Source: an uncultured Chloroflexia bacterium
GTDB taxonomy: Bacteria > Chloroflexota > Limnocylindria > Limnocylindrales > CSP1-4
Reading direction: 5' to 3'
NCBI GenBank assembly: GCA_963712745.1
Contig: CAVQJC010000012.1
Coordinates: forward strand, 13,319-77,318
DNA: 64,000 nt
Part shown: positions 36,136 through 44,709 of the stretch, one piece after another
How the letters are laid out: each line of letters starts with the position of its first letter
Position numbering within the stretch: the first letter of the stretch is position 1
The notes under the pieces: generated by a model
The model's database searches: none
What the model saw: only the letters and a program-made list of their open reading frames with translations
Told to the model about the DNA's origin: nothing
Position numbers and translations under genes: made by a program

Positions 36136-37313
36136 TCAACAGGCTCCTCAGCCGCTCGCTTCGAGGTCAGCTGGCCATCACCACCGGCGCCATCGTCCTG
36201 GCCCTGGTGGTGGGCGCGGTGATCATGGTGCTGACCAGTCCCATCATCACCGGCAGCTTCGACCCGTGGCTGTGGGTGGACGCCTACCTCGCGCTCATCC
36301 AGGGCGCGACCGGCATCGCCATCACGCTGGACCCCATCTCCATCGAATTCCTCGGGCTCAACGGCGTCATCGACACGCTGGTGCGGGCGACGCCGTACAT
36401 CCTCGGCGGCCTGGCGGTCGGCATCGGCTTCAAGGCCGGCCTCTTCAACATCGGCGCGCAGGGCCAGTTCCTGATGGGCGCGCTGGGCGCGGTCACGGTG
36501 GGCGTCTTCCTGGCCGAGGCACCCACCTTCATCGCCGTCCCCCTCGCCCTCCTGGGTGGCGTCATCGCCGGCGCGGCCTACGGCTTCGTCCCCGGATGGC
36601 TGAAGGCCAACACCGGGGCCCACGAGGTGGTCGTCACCATCATGCTCAACTACGTGGCCCTGGCCATCGTGTCCTGGGCCGTGACCGGGCCGTTGCGCTC
36701 CGCCACGGCATCGTTCGCGCGGACCGACGACGTGGGCAATGCCGCGCTGCCCTTCCTCGCCTTCGGCGGCCGCGAGCTGCACCTTGGTGTGCTCATCGCC
36801 TTCGTCGCGGTCCCCATCGTGTGGTGGGTCCTCTACCGCACGACCGTCGGCTTCGAGGTCCGCACCGTCGGCGCGAACCCCGACGCGGCCCGCTATGCGG
36901 GCATGCGGCCCAAGCTGCTCATCACGGGCACGATGGCGGCCGCCGGCCTGCTTGCGGGGCTCGCCGGCGCCATCGAGATCCTCGGCGTGCAGAACAACCT
37001 GCCCGCGACCTACGCCACGACCGTCGGCTTCGACGCCATCACAGTGGCGCTCCTCGGGCGCGCCAACCCGTTCGGCATCCTCTTCGGCGGCATCCTGCTG
37101 GGTGCCCTGCGCGCAGGCGCGCCGCTGATGCAGATCCAGGCCGGCGTGCCCATCCAGATGGTCGACATCCTACAGGGCGTCATCCTCTTCTTCCTGGCGG
37201 CCGACCTCATCGTCCGCTGGGTCTTCCGCATCCGCGACGCCAAGGGCGCGGACGTGGATGAGCTCAAGACCGTGACCAGCAGTTACGGCGGATCGACCGC
37301 CTCAGGGTCGTGA
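36132..37313 (+). CDS. nucleoside ABC permease
   Basis: GLFNIGAQGQ, HEVVVTIMLNY, GFDAITVALLG. Confidence 0.92.
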   Translation: MINRLLSRSLRGQLAITTGAIVLALVVGAVIMVLTSPIITGSFDPWLWVDAYLALIQGATGIAITLDPISIEFLGLNGVIDTLVRATPYILGGLAVGIGFKAGLFNIGAQGQFLMGALGAVTVGVFLAEAPTFIAVPLALLGGVIAGAAYGFVPGWLKANTGAHEVVVTIMLNYVALAIVSWAVTGPLRSATASFARTDDVGNAALPFLAFGGRELHLGVLIAFVAVPIVWWVLYRTTVGFEVRTVGANPDAARYAGMRPKLLITGTMAAAGLLAGLAGAIEILGVQNNLPATYATTVGFDAITVALLGRANPFGILFGGILLGALRAGAPLMQIQAGVPIQMVDILQGVILFFLAADLIVRWVFRIRDAKGADVDELKTVTSSYGGSTASGS

Positions 37314-37323
37314 GGGCCTAGCC

Positions 37324-38400
37324 ATGGACCTGCAGCCGCTGTTCGACATCCCCATCGCCGGGATCCTCTTCCAGCTCATCGACTACATGGTCCGGGTGCT
37401 GACGCTCAACGGCGCGGTCATCCTGGCCCTGGCGGCGCCGATCGCCCTGGGGTCGTACTGCGGCTTCATGAACGAGCGCTCCGGTGTCGTCAACATCGGC
37501 ATCGAGGGCATGATGATCGCGTCCGCCTTCTCCGGCTGGTTGGTGGCCACTGCGGTCGTGCAGTTCTTCCCCGAGCAGCCCAAAGCCGACTTCTTCTTCG
37601 GCGCCAGCCCGGCCCTGCTGCTGGGCGTCGTCGCCGCCATCGCCACCGGCATGCTCGTGTCGACGGTGCACGCCTGGCTTTCGATCACGGTGAAGGCCGA
37701 CCAGATCATCAGCGGCGTGGTCATCAACATCGTGGCGCTGGGCGTGACCGGCTACCTCATCATCATCATCAGCCGCACGGCGCCGCTCTCGGCGGGCAAG
37801 TTCACGCCCTACACGCCACCCGAGTTCCTGACCGATCTGCCCTTCGTGGGCTGGATCTTCAACATGTTCCTCAACCACGGGCCTATCACGATGAGCGTGA
37901 TCATCTTCGCCATCGTCCTGCAGATCCTGCTCTTCCGGTCCCGCTGGGGTCTTCGTACGCGATCGGTGGGCGAGCATCCCAAGGCCGCCGAGACCGTGGG
38001 CATCGACGTCATCCGGCTGCGCTACCGAAATGTCATCCTCGGCGGCATCTTCGCCGGCCTCGCGGGCGCCTGGTTCACGCTCGACTTCGGCAACTCCTTC
38101 CAGGCGGGCATGACGGCGGGACGAGGCTTCATCGCGCTGGCTGCACTCATCTTCGGACGCTGGATGCCGCTGGGCTCCTTCGGGGCAGCCTTGCTCTTTG
38201 CCACCGCGAGCTCGCTCAGCATCGCTCTGCGCACGATCCCGCCGACGGGCGAGCTGGGCGACATACTGACCGCGCTGCCCAACCAGTTCTGGGCGGCCCT
38301 GCCCTACCTGGTGACCATCATCATCCTGGCGGGTGCGGTCGGCCGCAGCGTGGCCCCGGCGGCGGTGGGCAAACCGTACGAGCGCGAGAGCGCCTCGTAG
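37324..38400 (+). CDS. nucleoside ABC permease
   Basis: ERSGVVNIGIEG, GEHPKAA, GRGFIALAA, ALPY. Confidence 0.92.
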   Translation: MDLQPLFDIPIAGILFQLIDYMVRVLTLNGAVILALAAPIALGSYCGFMNERSGVVNIGIEGMMIASAFSGWLVATAVVQFFPEQPKADFFFGASPALLLGVVAAIATGMLVSTVHAWLSITVKADQIISGVVINIVALGVTGYLIIIISRTAPLSAGKFTPYTPPEFLTDLPFVGWIFNMFLNHGPITMSVIIFAIVLQILLFRSRWGLRTRSVGEHPKAAETVGIDVIRLRYRNVILGGIFAGLAGAWFTLDFGNSFQAGMTAGRGFIALAALIFGRWMPLGSFGAALLFATASSLSIALRTIPPTGELGDILTALPNQFWAALPYLVTIIILAGAVGRSVAPAAVGKPYERESAS

Positions 38401-38526
38401 GCAGGACCGCGACGCCCCGGAGTGACGGGGCTGACGGCAGGACACGGCATCCGCGCTACGCTGGCCGCATGAACGCTACCGACAGGATCCACTTCGTCGA
38501 CGAGGCCCGAGGCCCTCGAGACGCCG

Positions 38527-38958
38527 GTGCCGCTGCTCGACCCCAGTGCCGCCCTCGACGTGCTGCGGACGGCCAAACGGATCGCCATCGTCGGTGCTTC
38601 TTCTCATCCCTGGCGCGCCTCCAACTCGGTCATGGGCTACCTGCTGGGCCAGGGCTACGAGTGCGTCCCGGTCACGCCCAAGCGGCGCGAGGTGCTGGGC
38701 CGGGCGTGCTACGCCAGCCTGGAGCAGGCCGTGGCCGCGACCGGCGGGCCGTTCGACATCGTCGATGTCTTCCGCCGGCCGCAGTACACGCCCGACATCG
38801 CTCGCTCGGCGGTCGCCCTCGGCTGCGGCACCCTCTGGCTCCAGCAGGGCGTCGTCGACTGGGACGCGGCGCGCATCGCCCACGAGGGCGGGCTGGGCGT
38901 GGTCATGGATCGATGCACCGCCGTGGAGCACCGGCGACTGCGCGGGCTCTACGAGTAG
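38527..38958 (+). CDS. CoA-binding protein (YccU-like)
   Basis: IAIVGAS, DIVDVFR, LWLQQG, VMDRC. Confidence 0.9.
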   Translation: MPLLDPSAALDVLRTAKRIAIVGASSHPWRASNSVMGYLLGQGYECVPVTPKRREVLGRACYASLEQAVAATGGPFDIVDVFRRPQYTPDIARSAVALGCGTLWLQQGVVDWDAARIAHEGGLGVVMDRCTAVEHRRLRGLYE

Positions 38959-38991
38959 TCGCGGAGGCGAGTCGTGCGCATCGGCGGCGCG

Positions 38992-39034
38992 CGGATGTGG
39001 GGTCGCACTCAGGTGACCCAGGGCCCCACATCCG
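38992..39034. terminator. hairpin downstream of the CoA-binding gene
   Basis: cggatgtggggtc...ggccccacatccg, 13-bp stem. Confidence 0.45.
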
Positions 39035-39155
39035 GGACCACACCGCAGTGCACACGAAGGTCCGTCTTCGACCCACGCAAAGGTCCTGCAGCACGCTTGG
39101 CGCGGGACTCGTACCATGCCCTCGTCGTCGACGAGCCTGCCTAGGAAGGAACCTC

Positions 39156-40349
39156 ATGCGCAGAAACCCCATGGCCAGGACCATCATCGGGGCCTCGGCG
39201 CTGGCGCTGCTGACCACGAGCGCGGTGGTCGCCCAGCCGGCCACCCCGCCTCCCGACGAGTACGGACCGACACTCCAGACCGCGGTCGTCACCAACGCGC
39301 TCGACGATGCCTCGATCAACCAGCTCATCGAGGACACCGTGCGCGAGTACCACCTCGACCTCGGCGGCAAGGTCAGCAGCAAGAAGAACAACGGCTGGTT
39401 CCCCGTGCCACCGCTGACTGGCACCGACGCGGTCGTGCAGGGCGTGCTGGAGCAGGCCCAGGAGGACCGGACCGTGGTGGTCATCTCCGGCGGCGATGCG
39501 CAGTCGAACGTGGGCCTCGCCGGCAACTTCGACGCCACGGTCTTCATCGACCTGGGCCAATCGCTGCCCTGTGTCACGGAGGACGGCCAGGCTGATCCAT
39601 CAGGAACCTGCGCGGGTGGAGCTGCCGGCATCCCCTACAACTACGCCGCTGTCGATTTCGCCGTCGAGGACGGGGCCTACCTCACCGGCGTCCTGGCCGC
39701 CGCTGCCAGCCGCATCGGCAATGAGCGCATCGCCGTCGTGAGCGGTACGCCCGAGTGCCGCCAGTGCAACCGCTATGTGCAAGGGTTCGTAGAGGGCGCT
39801 CGTGCGACCAACCCGAACATCAGCATCGAAGTGGCCTATCTGGCAGACGACGAGGTCTCCGGCTTCAGCGACCCGGCCACGGCCAAGACGTTCACCAGCG
39901 CCTTCGTCGAGGTCTTCCAGCCGGATGTCGTGCTGGCGGTCGGTCGCGCGGCCACGCCGGGCATCGTGGAGGCGGTCTGCGAGGCCGGCAAGCTCGCGGT
40001 CGGCACGCACATCGATGTCAGCGTCATGCACGACGACCTCGATTGCGTGCTGGCCAGCGTCACCACCGACATGGCCACGGCCATCGAGGAGGCGCTGTAC
40101 GCGTTCGCCGACGCAGACACGGTCCTCGAGCCAGCCGTCAGCTACGATCTCGCGAACGACCGCGTACGGGTCACCGAGGAGTGGAAGGGACCGCGCTCCC
40201 GAAGCCTGCCGGTCGACACCGCCGAGCGCTACCTGAACGCGGTACAGGCGGTGCTCACGGGGCAGGTCAACACCTGTCCCGGCGATTGCGGAGAACCGCT
40301 GGACCGCCACGGAGAGCCGCTGCCGGACGAACCGGCCGAGGACGCGTAG
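39156..40349 (+). CDS. divergent BMP-family substrate-binding protein
   Basis: Signal peptide; DFAVEDGAYLTGVLAA, GFVEGARATNP, FSDP; AGGAAGGA RBS. Confidence 0.8.
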   Translation: MRRNPMARTIIGASALALLTTSAVVAQPATPPPDEYGPTLQTAVVTNALDDASINQLIEDTVREYHLDLGGKVSSKKNNGWFPVPPLTGTDAVVQGVLEQAQEDRTVVVISGGDAQSNVGLAGNFDATVFIDLGQSLPCVTEDGQADPSGTCAGGAAGIPYNYAAVDFAVEDGAYLTGVLAAAASRIGNERIAVVSGTPECRQCNRYVQGFVEGARATNPNISIEVAYLADDEVSGFSDPATAKTFTSAFVEVFQPDVVLAVGRAATPGIVEAVCEAGKLAVGTHIDVSVMHDDLDCVLASVTTDMATAIEEALYAFADADTVLEPAVSYDLANDRVRVTEEWKGPRSRSLPVDTAERYLNAVQAVLTGQVNTCPGDCGEPLDRHGEPLPDEPAEDA

Positions 40350-40383
40350 GCCCACGCCTCTGCACCCGGGGGAGGCGACCAGA

Positions 40384-40665
40384 CTAGAGGTTGAGCAGCC
40401 CCACCAAGACCGAGACCGCGCCGGCGGCGATGACGACGCCCCAGACGATGAGCCGCTGCCGCATCTGGGCGCGCATCTCGTCCGCACCGGTGGGACCGTC
40501 GGCCTCGACCCCGCTGCGCTTGCCTCGCCACGTCTCGTAGCGATCGAGGTTGGCCTGGGTCGCGTCCAGCTGGCGGATCACGTTCAGCGGCCCGCGCGCC
40601 TGCATCGCGCCCACCGCGATGGCCACGATGCCGCCGATGACGAGCACGAGCGCCACGAGTCCCAC
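40384..40665 (-). CDS. small two-TM membrane protein
   Basis: Hydrophobic ends; abuts the gatB stop. Confidence 0.7.
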   Translation of the reverse strand: MGLVALVLVIGGIVAIAVGAMQARGPLNVIRQLDATQANLDRYETWRGKRSGVEADGPTGADEMRAQMRQRLIVWGVVIAAGAVSVLVGLLNL

Positions 40666-40666
40666 T

Positions 40667-42142
40667 TCAGTCGACCCCCAGCGTCTCGCGGATGAGCTGC
40701 TGCACCACGCCGGCGTTGGCCTGACCGCGCGTCTTCTTCATGACCTGTCCGGTGAGGAACCCGATGGCCTTGGTGGTACCGGCTCGCACGTCGGCCACGG
40801 CCTCCGGGTTGCCGGCGATGACCTCGTCCACCGCGGCCTGAAGCGCACCCTGGTCGCTGATCTGCTTGAAACCGGCTTCGGCCACGATCTCGGCCACGGG
40901 ACGACCGCTGCGCCCGACGCGGAGCAGCACCTCCTTGGCGTTGGTGCCGCTGATCTGGCCATCTTCGACGAGCCGGACCAGTGCGGCGATCTCGCCACCA
41001 CCGATGCGCCCGAGGTCGACCCCCTCTTCGTCTCCCTTGGCCAGGCGCAGGTACTCGCCGGTGACCCAGTTGGCCAGCTTCTTGGTGGGCAAACGGGGCT
41101 CCGCCGCCCTGGCCGCCTCGAAGACTGCCGTGGCCCCGGCATCGGCCACGAGCACGTCGGCGTCGTAGGCCGAGAGGCCGAGCTCATCGCGATAGCGGGC
41201 CCGGCGGGCGGCCGGCAGCTCCGGCAGGGAGATCCGGATCTCGTCGAGCCAGGCGGGGTCCACTCGCAGCGGCGGCAGGTCGGGCTCGGGGAAGTAGCGG
41301 TAGTCGTCCGAGGTTTCCTTGGTGCGCATGTGGTAGGTGAGACCGCGGTCGTCGTCCCAACCCCTGGTCTCCTGGATGAGCGGCTCCCCTGCTCGCAGCG
41401 CGGCCGCCTGGCGGGTGATCTCGAACTCGATGGCACGTTCGACCGAGCGGAACGAGTTCATGTTCTTGACTTCGACACGCGTGCCGAAGGCCCTGGTCCC
41501 GGCCGGGCGCAGTGAGACGTTGGCCTCCACGCGCATCTGGCCACTCTCCATGGCCGCGTACGAGGCACCGATGGTCATCAGCAGCAGGCGCAGCTCCTCG
41601 GCATAGCGGCGGGCGGTCTCGGCGTCGTGGATGACGGGGTCGGTGACGATCTCCAGCAGCGGTGCGCCTGATCGGTCGTAGTCGAGCAGGCTGACGGGAC
41701 GCCCCTCCACGCGCGTGTGCTGGAGGCGGGCAGTGTCCTCCTCGAGATGGGCGCGGGTGATGCCCACCTCCACCGGACCGTGCGAGGTCTCGACGCTGAG
41801 CGAGCCATGCGCGGCGAGAGGCAGCTCGTACTGGCTGATCTGGTAGCCCTTGGGCAGGTCCGGGTAGAAGTAGTTCTTGCGGTCCCAGCGGGTGACCTCG
41901 GGCGTGGTCGCGCCGATGGCCACCCCGACTGCCAGCACGTGGCGGACGGCCTCGCGGTTGATGACCGGCAGTGCGCCCGGAAGCCCCAGGCAGACCGGGC
42001 AGGTGATCTCGTTGGGTTCCGCGCTGCCGATGTCGTTGGAACAGCCGCAGAACATCTTGGAGGCCGTGCGCAGCTGCACATGGATCTCGATGCCGATGAC
42101 CGGCTCGTACGTCACCTCTGCCGGTGAGGTCGCCACGGACAT
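40667..42142 (-). CDS. gatB: Asp/Glu-tRNA amidotransferase subunit B
   Basis: IGIEIHVQL, PGALP, RKNYFYPDLPKGYQISQ, EVKNMNS, DYRYFPEPDL. Confidence 0.98.
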   Translation of the reverse strand: MSVATSPAEVTYEPVIGIEIHVQLRTASKMFCGCSNDIGSAEPNEITCPVCLGLPGALPVINREAVRHVLAVGVAIGATTPEVTRWDRKNYFYPDLPKGYQISQYELPLAAHGSLSVETSHGPVEVGITRAHLEEDTARLQHTRVEGRPVSLLDYDRSGAPLLEIVTDPVIHDAETARRYAEELRLLLMTIGASYAAMESGQMRVEANVSLRPAGTRAFGTRVEVKNMNSFRSVERAIEFEITRQAAALRAGEPLIQETRGWDDDRGLTYHMRTKETSDDYRYFPEPDLPPLRVDPAWLDEIRISLPELPAARRARYRDELGLSAYDADVLVADAGATAVFEAARAAEPRLPTKKLANWVTGEYLRLAKGDEEGVDLGRIGGGEIAALVRLVEDGQISGTNAKEVLLRVGRSGRPVAEIVAEAGFKQISDQGALQAAVDEVIAGNPEAVADVRAGTTKAIGFLTGQVMKKTRGQANAGVVQQLIRETLGVD

Positions 42143-43320
42143 CAGAGGGTATCCATGAACCGCTCGATACGGACCAGCGCCTCCTCGAGCTGCTCGTAGG
42201 AGGTGGCGAGCGTGGCGCGCACGTAGCCTTCACCGGATGGCCCGAAGGCCGTACCCGGGACCACGGCCACTTCAGCGTCGTGGAGGAGGCGAGCGCAGAA
42301 CTCCTCCGAAGAGAGTCCGCTGGCGCTGATGTCGGGGAAGGCGTAGAAGGCACCGCGGGGCTCGACCGTGGGCAGGCCGATGCGCTCGAGGCCGGCCACG
42401 AACATGCGGCGCCGCCGGTCGTACTCGGCGACCATGCGCTGGACGTCGGGCTCCGCCCGCTCCAGGGCCACGACCGCCGCATCCTGGGCCGTGGTGGGGG
42501 CGGTCATGATGACGTACTGGTGCACCTTCATGAGCCCGTCGATGAGGTCCCCCGGGCCACAGGCGTAGCCGACCCGCCAGCCGGTCATGGCGTAGGCCTT
42601 GGAGAAGCCACCGAGCAGGATGGTTCGGTCACGCATGCCCGGCAGGGCGCTGAAGGCCTCGTGCTCGTGGCCGCCATAGACGAGCCGGTCGTAGATCTCG
42701 TCGCTGATGACGAGCAGGTCGTGGCGCTCGGCGATGGCCGCCAGAGCCCGGATGGTGTCGGGCTCCAGCACCGCCCCGGTGGGATTGCAGGGATAGCCCA
42801 GGAACAGCACCTTGGTTCGCGGCGTGATGGCCGCTTCCACCGCCTCGGGATCAAGCTGCCAGCCGTCCTCGGGGCGCGTGGCCACGAAGACGGGTACGCC
42901 GCCGGCGAACATCAGGTCCGGCACGTAGGAGGAGTACGAGGGTTCGGCCAGCACGACCTCGTCACCGGGGTCGACCACGGCCGTCATGGCGATGGCCAGT
43001 GCCTCTGAGACACCGACCGTGATGAGGACCTCTCGCTCAGGGTCGTAGTCGACGCCATAGAGCCCCGAAAGGTGGGCCGAGACGCCGCGCCGCAGCTCGA
43101 TCGTGCCGTAGTTGCTGGTGTAGTGGGTCCGGCCCTCCCGCAGGGAACGGATGCCGGCCTCCACCACCAGCTCCGGAGTGTCGAAGTCAGGCTCGCCCAC
43201 GCCGAGGCTGATCACATCCGGCATCGATGCCAGCACGTCGAAGAACTTGCGGATGCCGCTTGGCGGCACGTCCTGGACGCGCTGCGAGAGACGTGAACGA
43301 GTCGTGGGTTCGATGGTCAT
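42142..43320 (-). CDS. PLP-dependent aminotransferase class I/II
   Basis: GEPDF, PCNPTG, SDEIY, FSKAYAMTGWRVGY. Confidence 0.95.
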   Translation of the reverse strand: MTIEPTTRSRLSQRVQDVPPSGIRKFFDVLASMPDVISLGVGEPDFDTPELVVEAGIRSLREGRTHYTSNYGTIELRRGVSAHLSGLYGVDYDPEREVLITVGVSEALAIAMTAVVDPGDEVVLAEPSYSSYVPDLMFAGGVPVFVATRPEDGWQLDPEAVEAAITPRTKVLFLGYPCNPTGAVLEPDTIRALAAIAERHDLLVISDEIYDRLVYGGHEHEAFSALPGMRDRTILLGGFSKAYAMTGWRVGYACGPGDLIDGLMKVHQYVIMTAPTTAQDAAVVALERAEPDVQRMVAEYDRRRRMFVAGLERIGLPTVEPRGAFYAFPDISASGLSSEEFCARLLHDAEVAVVPGTAFGPSGEGYVRATLATSYEQLEEALVRIERFMDTL

Positions 43321-43398
43321 CTCGGCCTCGGGTCGAGTGGCGGGTGGCTTGGAGTGTGGCGAGTATACGGGGGCCGGCCCGTGACCCGCCCAAGAGCT

Positions 43399-43596
43399 GG
43401 TGAAGTGACGGGTAGGCGTGGGTGAAGTGACGGGTAGGCGTGGGCGAAGTGGCGGGTAGGCGTGGGTGAAGTGGCGGGTAGGCGTGGGTGAAGTGACGGG
43501 TAGGCGTGGGTGAAGTGACGGGTAGGCGCGAGTGAAGTGACGGGTAGGCGTGGGTGAAGTGACGGGTAGGCGTGGGCGAAGTGGCGGGTAGGCGCG
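43399..43596. repeat. 22-bp tandem array, 9 copies
   Basis: gg[t/c]gaagtg[a/g]cgggtaggcg[t/c]g, head to tail, non-coding. Confidence 0.97.
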
Positions 43597-43625
43597 AAGG
43601 GAGCCGCTCCTGCCACGCTGACGCC

Positions 43626-44345
43626 ATGGACGATATGCGTGTGGGCGCCGCTTTCCGAGCCGTTCGCCTTCGCCGCCGCTGGCGCCAGCTGGACGTGGCA
43701 GCCCGGGCCGGCGTGGCGCGGTCGGTCGTCTCGGAGATCGAGCGCGGGCACTTCGGCTCGATGCCGCTGCGGCGGGTTAGGGCCGTCGCCGCGACCCTGG
43801 ACATCCGCATCGACCTCATCCCTCGATGGCGCGGAGGCGAGCTGCCGAGGCTGCTGAACGCCCGGCACTCGGCGCTGCACGAGTCGGTAGCAAGGACCTT
43901 CGAGCGGTTCGCAGGCTGGCACGTCGCGCCGGAGGTCTCATTCTCGATCTACGGTGAGCGCGGTAGCATCGACATCCTCGCTTACCACGCCAGAAGTGGG
44001 TCGCTGCTGGTCATCGAGCTCAAGACCGAGATCGTGGACGTAAACGACTTGGTGGGCACGCTCGATCGCAAGGCCCGGCTGGGGCCGACCATCGCCAAGG
44101 ACCGTGGCTGGCTTCCGTCCGCGGTCAGTCGCTGGGTAATCGTTTCGCGGGACCGCACGAACCAGCGGCGGATCGAGGAGCACCGTTCGATGCTGCGCGC
44201 CGCCTTCCCTGCCGACGGCCATGCGATGCGCGCGTGGCTGGTCCGTCCAGTGGGGTCGATGTCGGCCCTGTCGATGTGGTCGTCCGTCGCCCCCACCGAC
44301 GGTAGTCGCACTCGTAGACAGCGAATCCGCATTCCCGGTGGCTGA
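43626..44345 (+). CDS. XRE-family HTH fused to PD-(D/E)XK nuclease-like domain
   Basis: RAVRLRRRWRQLDVAARAGVARSVVSEIERG; PEVSF...GSIDIL...VIELKT. Confidence 0.85.
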   Translation: MDDMRVGAAFRAVRLRRRWRQLDVAARAGVARSVVSEIERGHFGSMPLRRVRAVAATLDIRIDLIPRWRGGELPRLLNARHSALHESVARTFERFAGWHVAPEVSFSIYGERGSIDILAYHARSGSLLVIELKTEIVDVNDLVGTLDRKARLGPTIAKDRGWLPSAVSRWVIVSRDRTNQRRIEEHRSMLRAAFPADGHAMRAWLVRPVGSMSALSMWSSVAPTDGSRTRRQRIRIPGG

Positions 44346-44431
44346 CGGCCACGATCCGGAGCGTGTGGTTCCGTCGGACCGGAGTCGAGCTGCGCTACGA
44401 GAGTGAGAAACGGGGTTCGGAGTGCGACTAC

Positions 44432-44703
44432 CGTCGCGCGCAGCGACTCCTGGCTACGACGAACGCCGGGCTGGGCCGATAGCGTCGCGCGCAGCGACTC
44501 CTGGCTACGACGAACGCCGGGCTGGGCCGATAGCGTCGCGGGGGGCGACTCCTGGCTACGACGAACGCCGGGCTAGGCCGATAGCGTCGCGGGGGGCGAC
44601 GCCTGGCTAGGACGAAGGCCTGGCTACGACGAAGGCCTGGCTACGACGAAGGCCTGGCTACGACGAAGGCCTGGCTACGACGAAGGCTTGGCCAGGACGA
44701 ACG
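44432..44703. repeat. compound tandem array: 3x51 bp then 6x17 bp
   Basis: 51-mers at 44432, 44483, 44534; cctggctacgacgaagg-type 17-mers at 44602-44703. Confidence 0.95.
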
Positions 44704-44709
44704 CCGGGG

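Noticed and set aside
43317-43922. Minus-strand ORFs with PTRHFTHAY repeats
   Set aside because: By-products of a 22-bp non-triplet repeat; they overlap the real HTH gene antisense.
43399-44703. Arrays around the nuclease as CRISPR
   Set aside because: Contiguous tandem units with no spacers; the protein shows no Cas motifs I can recognise.
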